Shown here: in pieces, positions 14,265-26,963 of the stretch
How positions within the stretch are numbered: position 1 is the stretch's first letter
Layout: each line of letters starts with the position of its first letter
Assembly (NCBI RefSeq): GCF_009914755.1
Contig: NC_060935.1
Source of the DNA: the human T2T-CHM13v2.0 reference genome, Homo sapiens
Length of the DNA: 64,000 nucleotides
Strand: one strand, 5' to 3'
The notes under the pieces: model-generated
What the model was told of the DNA's origin: nothing
Database searches by the model: none
Seen by the model: only the letters and a program-made list of their open reading frames with translations
Program-made: the position numbers and the translations under genes

Positions 14265-14420
14265 AAAAAATATGGTCTGGGGCCAGCAGCATCAACTAGG
14301 ATCTTATTAGAAATGCAGAATCTTTGGTCCCACTTCAAGCTTGTCAAATCAGTATCTGCATTTTAACAAGACTCCTAGTTGATTCAAATGCATAATACAA
14401 GTTTTAGAAGCACTGCTCTG
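14265..14420. mobile_element. MER5A-like hAT MITE
   Basis: ccagcagcatca…ttagaaatgcagaatct…atctgcattttaacaaga…agttttagaagcactgct. Confidence 0.8.
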
Positions 14421-15049
14421 TATCACTTTTTTGGTATCCACATCTCTGATGAGAGTAATGTGGTCCTCTCTATTTGGGGGGTTATCCTTGGTTTTTGAAG
14501 TACTGAGTGACTAGAAAGATAACAGAATGGTTAAATAATCTGTCACCCCGTCTGTGCTTAACTGTCAATCAGTTCCTTGCACATATGAACTTCTCCACCT
14601 GTACCACCCATCTTCTCTAGCTAGATTCTAACTGTAAAACCCTTCAGGGAAGGACATTCATTCTTTATTTGGTGGGTTTTGTTTGTTTGTTGTCTGTTGG
14701 CTAAAGATAGTACTCATCAGTGTCACTGTGGGTTTCTCTTGGGACAGAAGGTGGCAAAATTGGATGTTGTCATTTCTTTTTTTCTGGTTCCTCTTCCGAC
14801 ACCCACATCCATTATTTACAACATAGACTTTGCCTGCCATGCCTATACCCTGTGAGCTGCGACCTCCCTGCCTCATCTACCCTGTTCTTACCTTTCTTCA
14901 CTGTCCCTAATCACCACTGCCTCCTCTCTTCAGCTTCTCCGCTGTATATTTCCCTTGGGTCTCTTGTAGTTTTCCTCTTTGATCATTTCTTCTCTGTCTT
15001 CATTATGGTTTTCAGGTGAGAGGGTCGTTTGGCAAAAGGAGTAAAGTTA

Positions 15050-15280
15050 AAAATGAAAATCTTTTGGGTTCAGATCACCAGACTGCTGCTTATCCTGGAT
15101 TCTTTGTGGGTTTTTAAAGTCATTGAACCCTCATCCCTTTCAACACACAGCCTCAAGCTGGTTTATAATTTTGCTATTCATATGCCAATGTTCATCTTGC
15201 AACTGAGCTACTGAAGGACAGATTATTTATTCATTTTTGATATCCCTAGTGCCTGGCACAGAGCAACACAGTATAAATGT
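15050..15280 (+). repeat. Left copy of ~231-bp direct repeat flanking the L1PB
   Basis: Collinear with 18277-18508; roughly 88-90% identical by eye. Confidence 0.95.
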
Positions 15281-18276
15281 TTTTCTTTTAATTTTTTTAT
15301 TTCCATAGGTTATTAGTGAACAGGTGGTGTTTGGTTACATGAGTAAGTTCTTTAGTGGTGATTGGTGAGATTTTGGTGCATCCATCACCCAAGCAGTATA
15401 CACTGTATCCAATTTGTAGTCTTTTATCCCTCACCCCATTCCCACCCTTTCCCCCTAAGTCCCCAAAGTCCACTGTGTCATTCTTACGCCTTTGCATCCT
15501 CATAGCTTAGCTCCCAATTATAAGTGAGAATATACAGTGTTTGATTTTCCATTCCTGAGTTACTTCACTTAGAATAATAGTCTCCAGTCTCATTCAGGTT
15601 GCTGCGAATGCTATTCATTCCTTTTTATGGCTGAGTAGTATTCCATTGTATATATATACCACCGTTTCTTTATCTACTCACTGATTGATGGGCATTTGGG
15701 TTGGTTCCGCCTTTTTGCAATTGCAATTTGTGCTACTACAAACGTGTGTGTAAGTATCTTTTTCATATAGTGACTTATTTTCCTCTGGCTAGATACCCAG
15801 TAGTGGGATTGCTGGATCAAATGGTAGTTCTTCTTTTAGTTGTTTAAGGAATCTCCATACTGTTTTCCATAGTGGTTGCACTAGTTTACATCCCACCAGC
15901 AGTGTAGAAGTGATCCCTTTTCACTGCATCCATGCCAACATCTATTATTTTTTGATTTTTTGATTGTGTCCATTCTTGCAGGAGCAAAGTGATATCACAC
16001 TGTGGTTTTGATTTGCATTTCCTGGATCATTAGTGATGTAGAGCATTTTTTCATATGTTTGTTGGCCATTTGTATACCTTCTTTTGAGAATTTTTTATTC
16101 ATGTCCTTAGCCCACTTTTTGATAGGATTTTTTTTTTCTTGCTAATTTGTTTGACTTCATTGTAGATTCTGGGCATTAGTCCTTTGTATAGATTGTGAAG
16201 ATTTTCTGCCACCCTGTGGGTTGTCTGTTTACTGTGCTAACTGTTCCTTTTGCCATGGAAAAGCTCTTTAGTTTAATTAAGTCCCAGCTATTTATCTTTG
16301 TTTCTTTGTATTTGCTTTTGGGTTCTTGGTCATGAAATCCTTGCCTAAGCCAATCTCTAGAAGAGTTTTTCTGATGTTATCTTCTAGAATTTTTATAGAT
16401 TCAGGTCCTAGATTTAAGTCCTTCTTCCATCTTGAGTTGATCTTTACATAAGGTGAGATCCAGTTTCATTCTCTTACATGTGGCTTGCTAATTACCCCAG
16501 CATCATTTCTTGAATAGGACATCCTTTCCCTGCTTTATGTTTTTGTTTACTTTATCAAAGATGAGTTGGCTGCAAGTATTTGGGTTTATTTCTGGGTTCC
16601 CTATTCTTTTCCATTGGTCTATGTGCCTATTTTTATACCAGTACCGTGCTGTTTTGGTGACTATGGCCTTACAGTATAGTTTGAAATCAGTTAATTGATG
16701 CCTCCAGATTTGTTCTTTTTGCTTAGTCTTGGTTTGGCTATGTGGGCTCTTTTTTGGTTCCATATGAATTTTTGGATTGTTTTTTCTAGTTATGTGAAGA
16801 ATGATGGTGTCATTTTGATGGGAATTGCATTGAATTTGTGGATTGCTTTTGGCACTATGGTCACTTTCACAATATTGATTCTACCCATCCGTGAGCATGG
16901 AATGTGTTTCTATTTGTTTGTGTTGTCTATGATTTCTTTCAGCAGTGTTGTAGTTTTCCTTGTAAAGGTGTTTTACCATCTTGGTTAGGTGTATTCCTAA
17001 GTTGTTTTGTTAGTTTTTGTTTGTTTGTTTGTTTGTTTGTTTGTTTTTCCTTCCAGCTATTGTAAAAGGAGTTGAGTTCTTGATTTGATTTTCAGCTTGG
17101 TCGCTGTTGGTATGTAGGAGAGCTACTGATTTGTGTACATTAATTTGCTGAATTCTTTTATCAGCTCCAGGAGCTTTTTGGAGGAGTCTGATTTTCTAGG
17201 TATACAGTCATATCATCAGCAAGCAGTGACTGTTTGACCTCCTCTTTACTAATTTGGATGCCCTTTACTTCTTTCTCTTGTCTGATTGCTCTGGCTAGGA
17301 CTTCCGGCACTATGTTGAAGAGGAGTGGTGACAGTGGGCATCCTTGTCTTGCTCCAGTTCTCAGAAGGAATGCTTTCAACTTTTCTCCTGTTCAGTATTA
17401 TGGTGGCTGTGGGTTTGTCATAGATGGCTTTTATTACGTTGAGCTATGTCCCTTGTATGCCAATTTTGCTGAGAGTTTTAATCATAAAGGGGTGCTGGAT
17501 TTTGTTGAATGGTTTTTCTGTGTCTATTTAGATAATCATGTAATTTTTGTTTTTAATTCTTTTTATGTGGTGTATCACATTTATTGACTTGTGAATGTTA
17601 AACCATCCCTGTATCACTGGTATGAAACCCACATCATCATGGTGGGTTAGCTTTTTGATATGTTGTTGGATTCGGTTAGCCAGTATTTTTTTTTTTTTTA
17701 ACAATTTTCGTATCTATATTCTTCAGGGATATTGGTCTGTAGTTTTCTCTTTTGGTTTTTTCCTTTCCTGGTTTTGGTATTAGGGTGGTACTGGCCTCAT
17801 AGAATGATTTAAGGATTCCCTCTTTCTCTCTCTTGTGGAATAGTGTCAATAGGATTGGTACCAATCCTTCTTTGAATGCCTGATCGAATTCAACTGTGAA
17901 TCTGTCTGGTCCTGGACTTTTTTTTGTTGGTAATAATTACCATTTCAATCTTGCTGCTTGTTCTCTTCAGGGTATCTGTCTGTTTAGGGTATCTAGTTCT
18001 TCCTGATTTAAGCTAGGAGAGTTGTATCTTTCCAGGAATTTATCCATCTCCTCTAGGTTTTCTAGTTTATACATGTGAAGGTGTTCATAGTAGCCTTGAA
18101 TGATCTTTTGTATTTCTGTCATGTCTGTCAAAATAGCTCCCATTTCATTTCTAATTGACCTTATTTGGATTTTCTCTCGTCTTAATCTTGCTAATGTTCT
18201 ATCAATTTTATTTATCTTTTCAAAGAATCAGCTTTTGGTTTCATTTATCTTTTGTATTGTTTTTTGTTTCAATTTC
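15281..18276 (-). mobile_element. 5'-truncated L1PB (L1PB1-like), ~3.0 kb
   Basis: 3' end ttatttccataggttatt…ggttacatgagtaagttctttagtggtga. ORF2 remnants in the ORF track (17161-17379 [16 protein letters not shown]…LLADDM; 17676-17864). Internal (TTTG)n near 17005-17048. Confidence 0.93.
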
Positions 18277-18508
18277 AAAATGATCTTTTGGATTGGAATC
18301 ACCAGACTGCTGCTTATCCTGGATTCTTTCTCTGTGGACTTTTACAGTCATTGAACCCTCATCTCTTTCAACACACAGCCTCAAGCTGGGTTGTAATTTA
18401 TCTTTGTACATGCCAGTGTTCATCTTTCAACTGAGCTATTGAAGGACAGATTATTTATTCATTTTTGATATCCCTAGTGCCTGGCACACAGCAACACAGT
18501 ATAAATGT
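18277..18508 (+). repeat. Right copy of ~231-bp direct repeat flanking the L1PB
   Basis: Collinear with 15050-15280. Confidence 0.95.
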
Positions 18509-18828
18509 GGTTTTGTTTCTGTTTGTTTTGTTTTTTATTTTTTGAGACAGAGTCTTGCTCTTGTTGCCCAGGCTGGAGTGCAGTGGTGTGTGATCTTGGC
18601 TCACTGCATTCTCTGCCTCCTGAGTTCAAGCAATTCTCCTGCCTCAGCCTCCCAAGTAGCTGGGATTACAGGTGCCCGCCACCATGCCCGGCTAATTTTT
18701 GTATTTTTAGTAGAGATGGGGCTTCACCATTTTGGCCAGGCTGATCGTGATCTCTTGACCTCCAGTGATCCACCTGCCTTGGCCTCCCAAATTGCTGGGA
18801 TTACAGGTGTGAGCCACCATCCCTGACC
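18509..18828 (-). mobile_element. AluS
   Basis: Reverse Alu; TSD aacacagta(t/a)aaatgt at 18493-18508 / 18831-18846. Confidence 0.95.
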
Positions 18829-20242
18829 TTAACACAGTAAAAATGTTGATATTGTTATATAAAATATCTGTTGTCTTATTAATTGTAAAATTCTGAAAAC
18901 TAAAGGGTTTAGAAGCCTTTTTTGGAGAACTTTATAGAGAAGACTGCAAATGAAATATACCAGAAATAGGGACAGATTTAGTGCTTTGGGTCCACAAGAA
19001 GGAAAGTAGAGGGGTTCCCTGGTTCTTTGTTGGATGCTAGAATAGCTCCAGAGGTGAATGTGGTTCTCAGACTGTAGTGTATTTTTAGAAGTTGGTATCC
19101 AGGACAGTTTATCATGTCTGGACAATGCTGAGCAATTCAATGCTAGAATTTAATAATTAGGACAACAGTCTGTGCATGGTGTTCATCCTTAAAATTCATT
19201 TTATGAGTCATGCTACCTTAGGCATAATTAGAATAAGACCGCACACAGTGGATTTTCCCCCACTCATTCTTTTCATTTGTACTATGTGATTATGGCAATG
19301 TATGTGGTCTTCCCATTGGATCCTCATTATTTCTCTGTGTAGTTTCATAACAAAAAAACTATCAGTCTGGGATTGCTGTCAGCTGATTTTTTTCTAGTCA
19401 CTGAGTTGCTCAAGTTACTGTTTCAGCAAAATGGGTAGCAACCACAGCAATTTAAAAATAAAACTATTTTAAAAGCAATAAAGTATTTTTGTTGTTGTTG
19501 TTGTTCTTGCTGTTGGTTTAGAATAAGCCACGTCAGTCTTTCAATTCTTAACTGTTCCAAAATTCAATCTGAGGTCTTGGTGTAGCATTCTTTCTTTTAC
19601 TCTGTTGTATTTATTAACTGGGGGCGAACACTTAGTAACTAGGAATTTATTTTAATAAACAATACTGTAAATCTAGTAAACTCAAAAGACATCAAAAGGA
19701 CTCATTCACTAGCTAGCAAATTGGTACAAAATGATAAATAAGAGTCAAAATCAAATCATGTAATGATGAAGTCACCAACATGAAAATATCATTGTTGACG
19801 CAAAGCAGAGCTTCGTGGCACATTTCCTGATATTTAGTTCAGCTGCTGTCTCCTGCCTCCGTCTCCCCCCAACCCCGTCCCACTACCCTGCTGTCTACTC
19901 CCTTGTCAATTCTTTTATTTCTTTATGATTTTACCGTAATGAAATTTATCATTCGTATTTCACAATATTTTCACATTCTTCTTAGGTATTCTCCTCCAGG
20001 GTATCTGCAGAAGTAGATAGAGAGCCTGGGTGGTCAATGGCAGTGAAAATAGGAAACATTTGAATTGAGAATCATTTGGGTGAGGGTCCTTGCAGATTTA
20101 AATCCAGCCCATTCTCCCTGCCTGCTCCCTCCTGACCGTATGCCTGAGATGTGGCTGCAGGGGGAGACTAACCTCAGAACACCTTTTCTTCCCCAGTGAG
20201 CATGTGGCATATACCCAGTTGCCAGATTAGAACTGGCAACAT

Positions 20243-20262
20243 CCAAAAATGGCCTAATTTGG
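20243..20262. promoter_or_regulatory. Two abutting consensus CArG boxes (candidate SRF sites)
   Basis: CCAAAAATGG followed directly by CCTAATTTGG, each CC(A/T)6GG. Function is unproven. Confidence 0.35.
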
Positions 20263-21946
20263 TCACAGATTGGGGAGATAGTATTTAGCGGAGTTGGCAT
20301 GTATATTCCGATCTGACCCCAAAGCCCTTACTCCTCTGCTGTTCCCTGTGGCACTAGTTTGAGGAAAGTAAACAGTTTAGCAGCCACTTTCCCTTTATGC
20401 CTGACAGGGTGTGGGACAAATTGAGTTAAACAGTTAAAATATTGGGCCGCTTCGATTGGGTATCTCAATTAGAGCCAGAAAGTTTAGGGAACTAAGTGTA
20501 TTGGTTAGGTTATACTGAGTTGATTTTCTTCTGTTGAATCTTAAAGAATCTTCCCTGTCAACAATTTCTTTAGGTTATTTATATAGCACTTCCCTTACTG
20601 CCTTAAAAATTGTGCAAAGCAAAGAGTCAAATTCCATTTATCATGGAATCAGTTTAAATCCCATTTTTTTCCACTGGGGTATCGGATGCCTTTTATAATT
20701 TCTTTCACTTTAAAAACCAATTATTTGCTTTTGACTATGTGTCTGTATAAATTTGAAATGGATTCTAAAGTCTAATTCATAAAGAGATTTTGCAAAATTA
20801 TATTTTTGAAAATTTATTTATCATGTTTGTCATTGATTTATCAAATACTATACATATGTTGGCTAATTGTAAGAAACAAAAGAAATGGATCATTGTCTGG
20901 AAGCTATAACTCCCAAGTTAACTTCAGACCAAATTTTTATAATTTTATTGCATATATATGAATGCAACTGCAAGAATTAATAATAAAATATTTCAAAATA
21001 AGATGACCAAAATGAAATTATAAGTTAAGGTAGACAGAGGTTGAATTACATAATGTAAATCCTCTTCAGATTTTCACAAAAAGAACTAAGTGCTGTGGGA
21101 AAAGAGGTGTACTGTTTCCCCGTAATTGCATTGTGTCCTAAGCAATTCTTGATGAGGTAGGTTTGCAGCCAAGAAGGCAAGTTGAGCTTTATTTACCTCT
21201 TTTCAATGGGTGCTATCTCTTGGATGTGCTCAGACCCTGAGAAGCCTATGGTCTACATTTTTTATTTTAAGTCTTTAGGACTTTATGATTGGATAACCTT
21301 GGGCAAGTCAACATCAGAGGATGCAGTTCATAGCTATCTCTTTAGATTTCAAAGGATTCAAATGAAATTTCTACTGTAAAATGTTTTGTGAAATCTGAAG
21401 TATTATCTAATTGTTAGTTATTGTCTCACAGCTTGCATTTTTAAAAACAAGCATTTCATCGATTTGTTTGAATCTAAACGTGTAGCTGTCATACAGGGAA
21501 CAGACTTCCTTGAATAAGTGTATGAAAAAAAATTCCTGAAGGGGCTAATTAACCATCTGTGGGAAACAATACATTTCTTTATAGAGTTGGACTAAATGAC
21601 CTCCTCTTAGTTTTCTTCAAACTGTAGGGTTCTCTGATTGCTTAATTTTGTAAATTATTAGTTATTTAGAAAGATCTTCCCTTTTGCTATCTCTTTGTTT
21701 GAAATTATCACAAGATTTAGAAATAGCTCTTTATTACTTCTAATTTGTATAATCATCACAAAGAATTAGCTTTTGTATCTGGACTAATTTTACTTAGCAC
21801 AGCGATGCCCCATTCCTGTTTGGAGGTTACATATTATTGCAATAATTGATGTATTGCATGTGCAAGTTAATCTTAAGAAATGACTGTTCATCAGTGCATC
21901 TCTCTACTAGCTGACCCAATTAAGGCCAAATTAACAATAAGACTGT

Positions 21947-22470
21947 AAATGTTTGCAAGATTCCAATAGCCATTTAACTTCTTTGAGAAGAAATCAAATA
22001 TAGTGGGAAGAACACTGAATTAGGTTTAGACTTTATGTTGACCCTCCTTGATTTAAAATGAAGGAGGTCTCTTTCTGTGCTTCACTAAATTGGATAGTTT
22101 AAAAGAAAATCACTAGAAATTATGAAGAACTAATACAAAGCTGTGTTTGTAAGCATTTTGTCATCCCTACCATGGACATGATACTGTGCTGAGTACTGAC
22201 ATGCAATAATCTCACTTATCAATGCATGTCAGTACTCAGGATGGTACAGTAAATATTGGTAAGATTCCAATAGTCCTTTAACTTCTTTGAGAAGAAATAA
22301 AATATAATAGGAGGAACATTAAATTAGGTTTGGACTTTATGTTCAATGCATTTCCAGTACTCAGAAAATACTAAGCATTAAGTTCTTTACTGAGCATTCT
22401 GTCATCTCTACTATGGACCCAGTACCGTGCTGAGTACTGGAGATGGCATTGATGAGTGAGATCATCCTTG
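21947..22470. repeat. Complex local duplication (direct and inverted) with a 17-bp-arm hairpin
   Basis: ~95-bp direct repeat at 21947-22040 / 22251-22342; ~55-bp direct repeat at 22146-22199 / 22386-22440; perfect inverted arms at 22189-22205 / 22223-22239. Confidence 0.9.
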
Positions 22471-22799
22471 CTCTTGAACTGTTCAGTCCGGGGTCAGTGG
22501 AAATTGAGCCCTGGTTCTCTATAGCTTCCCCTCCTGTGGCTGGTTCATGTACAACTAACCAATGAGGTCTAATGCCATTCTCCATGATCTCTCCTCTGAG
22601 ATTTGCAGATCCCTCTCATAACCCTTATCTAAACTACTTGAATCAAATACTTTCATCTTTATTTCTACTTTTTGAAGTGAAGTTAAGTAATTTCTCTGAG
22701 TCTTTCTAGCTTAAAAATCCTTGAAGTACTTACATGGTAATCGTAACTATTTCATTTGAAGCATTCATCTGACCAAGATGTGAGCTATCATGCAGTGTA

Positions 22800-23175
22800 A
22801 CTGTGTGACGTTAAATGATGGACACAGAGATGTCTGACCCAAGTTTCCCTTCAGGATGACCTTTTAACTCCTGCCACTCACAAGGATGGATACAGACAGT
22901 CTGCAGCTGTCAGCTCCTCCTGGGCTCCTCAGTTGCAGAAAGCTGCCTTCCCAAGGGCACATCCCTCCTGAGGCAGGCCATAATTCAGGCAGCCCAAATC
23001 TAGTGGTTGATAGGGGCAGGAGCAGAAAGGCCCAGCCATTTAAGCTCACTAGGAGGCAATTCTCACAGGCAGTGCTAGCTCCAGAGATCCCCACTGAGTG
23101 AGCCTGGGCTTTTCCTCCCTGCATCACAGTCCCATCTCTACCTCTATCCAATCCCGCTTCTGGAGAACCCATCTG
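22800..23175 (+). mobile_element. ERVL LTR16-like fragment
   Basis: gctagctccagagatcccc…ctgcatcacagtc…tccaatcccgcttc resembles the LTR16 family. Confidence 0.55.
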
Positions 23176-24399
23176 GCAGCAAGGAGGTTTCTAAGAATGC
23201 TCTTTGTTACCTGCTCAAGCCCTGTACTTTATTTAAAAATTGTTTCATTATTTAAAAGGCTGTTTTCAGAGTAGCAGAAACTTCTTCATGGTGGAAGGCT
23301 AAATACAGGCAGATATGTAAGTATTTCACATAAGAAGGTACAGTTGATTGTGGAGCAGAACGCCCCAAACATCAATGACAGCTTAATGTCTTTGACTATT
23401 ATGAAAAACAGCCTTTCCTTTTAAAAAAAAAAAGCTTTTCCATAATTTAGCTTGACGTGTATCCCCAGGCCCTGTAAAAACTTCCACTACTTGTCAATGA
23501 GTGATAGTTTCGTTTCTTGTAAAGTGCCAAAATGAGAATTCAGAGTTTCATTTTGGAGAAAAGTGGGATTTGTAAAGTGTTGCATGGGGAAGAATGGATT
23601 AGTTGACCTAAAACAAAGTGGGGGATATGGGGATGTGTATGTGGGCTGGGGGTTATATATGTTTATGTGTATATTCCTAATATTCTTTGGCCAGTTAACT
23701 AAAATTTTCTAAGTACATATGGAAAAAAGTAAATTGCCATTCATTTTATGACATGTCAAACGATGTTGTTATTCAAAGGAAACCAATTTCCCATTTTTAT
23801 TATTAAAAAAGGCTTAAAATAATAACTTGTTCCAGATAATTTACCTTTTAAGATAATAAAATAATTGATTCTAATACTCTTTTTAGAGGAAGAGGGATTT
23901 AATATGGTTCTTGAAGAACATGTAATGCTGTAGAAGGAACAAGAGCAACTTCTCCAGGACAGGTGGAAGGGCCCTGGTAAAGTAATGGTGGTGATGGGCA
24001 CAGTGGCACTGATGTGGTTCCATTGTCACCTTGTCATATTGTGTTAGAATCTGTTGGGTGTAATGCTTCTTTGTGTATTTTCTCATTTGTTTCCTAGTGC
24101 AGTTTCAATATCACTACAGTAGAAGCTTTTCTCTCCTCGGAGTTCCAAAGCATCTTGTTGAAATTCTTGTGGCATTAACTATTGTACTCTGTACTTCACA
24201 TTGTAGATATTTATGTGTTATATCCTCTCCTCTACTTAAACTTAACATCCTTGGAACATAAGTCATGTTTTAAGTAGCACACTCAGCGTGTCGACAAAAT
24301 AAGTGTTCAGTAAATATTTAGTGAATCACTAAAGTGATTGTGCTGGACAAGATGATTATAATCTTGCTCTTACAACAGAAATAAATGAAGATTAAAGAG

Positions 24400-24773
24400 T
24401 GCTATGGTCTGAATGTGTCTCCCCAAATTCTCAATCTCCAATGCAGTAATGTTGACAGGTGGGGCCTTTTGAGAGGCATCTGGGTTATGAGGGCACCATC
24501 CTCATGAATGGATTAATGCCATAATGAAAGGGCTTAATTGAGAGAGTCCTTTCTTTTTGCCCTTTTATACCTTCCGTCATATGAGGACACAGAGGAGGAG
24601 TGAGGAGGCAGCATCAAGGTGCCACCTTGAAGCAGTCCTCCCAGGATACCAAACCTCCTACTGCCTTCATCTTGGACTTCTCACTTCCCAGAACTGTAAT
24701 AAATAAACTTCTGTTCTTTATAAATTACCTAATCTGTGGTACTCTGTTATAGCCACACAAACAGACTAAGACA
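24400..24773 (+). mobile_element. MaLR solo LTR (MSTD/MLT1A-like)
   Basis: tgctatggtctgaatgtgtc…ttataaattacc…acagactaagaca; flanks aagag/acgag. Confidence 0.88.
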
Positions 24774-26596
24774 ACGAGGTTAAATGAGTTTTCCCATCTT
24801 AGCACATTTAATAAGTGATCTGTTGGACACCCTGGTTTTCTGATTTAACCTAGTCCTTTGTTTCTATTAACCTATAGGTATTTAAAGACAGGAAACTCTT
24901 TTTCTCTGGAAGATGAGAGGCAGACTAATAACTGACAGAGTTTCTGTGTTATCTTCAGTCTCTTTCTACTTTTGGCAGTGCTCCTTGTTCACTCATGGGC
25001 TCGTGCTGGTTTTCTTATATCCTTAACTTAACTCTTGACCCACCTTGTTCACCTTCCCAAGGTGGGTCCCAAGCTGGACCATTCTTTAGAGTTCAGCTTC
25101 TTGGATCTGGGTCATGTTATCAGGTAACCAAGGCCAGTCTTTTGGACTTTGCCACAGTAGGCAATAGGCAGGGTTGGTGTTCTCTGTCGGAAGTGAAGTC
25201 AGGAAAGGAATGGAATATTAAAGAACAAATACACAAAAATAAGGCACAAAATCTAAGGGAAGATCACTAGCTGAGGCTTAGAGGAACTAAGGAACAGAGC
25301 AGGCATCCAGATGACAGCCATTTTGAGGAATCTGTGGGCAGGTTTTCCTTAGGCAGCCACATCTTTTGAAGGTCCACGTTTCTGCCTCTCAAGATGTCCC
25401 TCCATGGTCTAAAACGTATTCAGCTCTCTCAGCCAGCTCCTGATGGTTGAAGTTTGACTCCCTCAAACTGTTCCAGGCTGCAGTGATCTTTCAAAAGTTC
25501 TGTTGCATTTGTTTCCTTTCATGGTTTCATTGTTTTTTTGATGGCTTTCTGTATTATCCTACAAGTTCCATGAGGATTGAGTATTTATGTTTTAAGAAAT
25601 GTACTAAGTAATTTACAAGAAGTTACCTCATTCCATCCTGTTAAGCGCTTCATTAAGTACCATTCATATTCGTATTGTACATATGAGGAAATCTGAGAAA
25701 TAACCTCTTAAGGACCCCAAAGATAGTAAGTGGTGAAATCAGGATTTGGAATCAGACTGCTTGACTGTCATTAAAGGCTGTACTCATAATCTGTCACATT
25801 ATATCGAATAGATATAACTTACTATTTCCAACAGTATTTATTTTCTTAAATTATAAGGCAGATTAATGTTTTCAAAATAAAAGATTGGTTAAAATGCTGC
25901 TTGAAGTAACCTGTAGTCTGTGCCTGTGGCAGGGACTAATAGTTAATTAATTTTAGGTAGGTTTTATTCTCACATAGCCCTTATGGCTGAAGAATGGGCT
26001 ATTCTGTTATTATCAAGGATACTAGCTAAAATAGTATCGTGTTTAGAGTGCCATGGGGGAGGGTTCTGTGTGTTTTGAGAGAACTCCAAGTCTTGGGAAG
26101 CTGCCCCTGTTTCACAGGCATTTCACGCCTGTGAGGTTCTCTCCAAGGGGGCTGTTGGTTTTCATAATGAGTTGCACTCAGCATCTTGAGGCAGATGAGT
26201 CAGAGATGCCTTTCCTTATCCACATGTAATTCCTGGCTTTTTGTTTATTTTCTGGACCAACTGAGTAGATGGTTTTTCTGAGGCATGTGAGACAGACGCA
26301 ACCTTGAAAAAGGGAAGCATTGCCAAAAACATGGCTTTGTCTGGGTTTCAAACATATGTTTCATAGGGTTTTTATTCACAGAAGAGTCAGAAGACTCTTG
26401 TTTTGTTCACAGGAACAAAAGTTTGTGTGGCCCGTAGCAAGCTCCTAATGTCTTTCTGTCCTTGTCCCTCCTCCCTCTTCGGTTGCTCCTGTTTTCATAT
26501 AGTCTTCAAAGTGTTCAGTCTAAAAACATTTATTACCCGTCTGCATGCCAGGTAGACATTTTTTTTTAATATCCTTATAGGTTCAGAGATGAGTAA

Positions 26597-26963
<367 letters not shown>

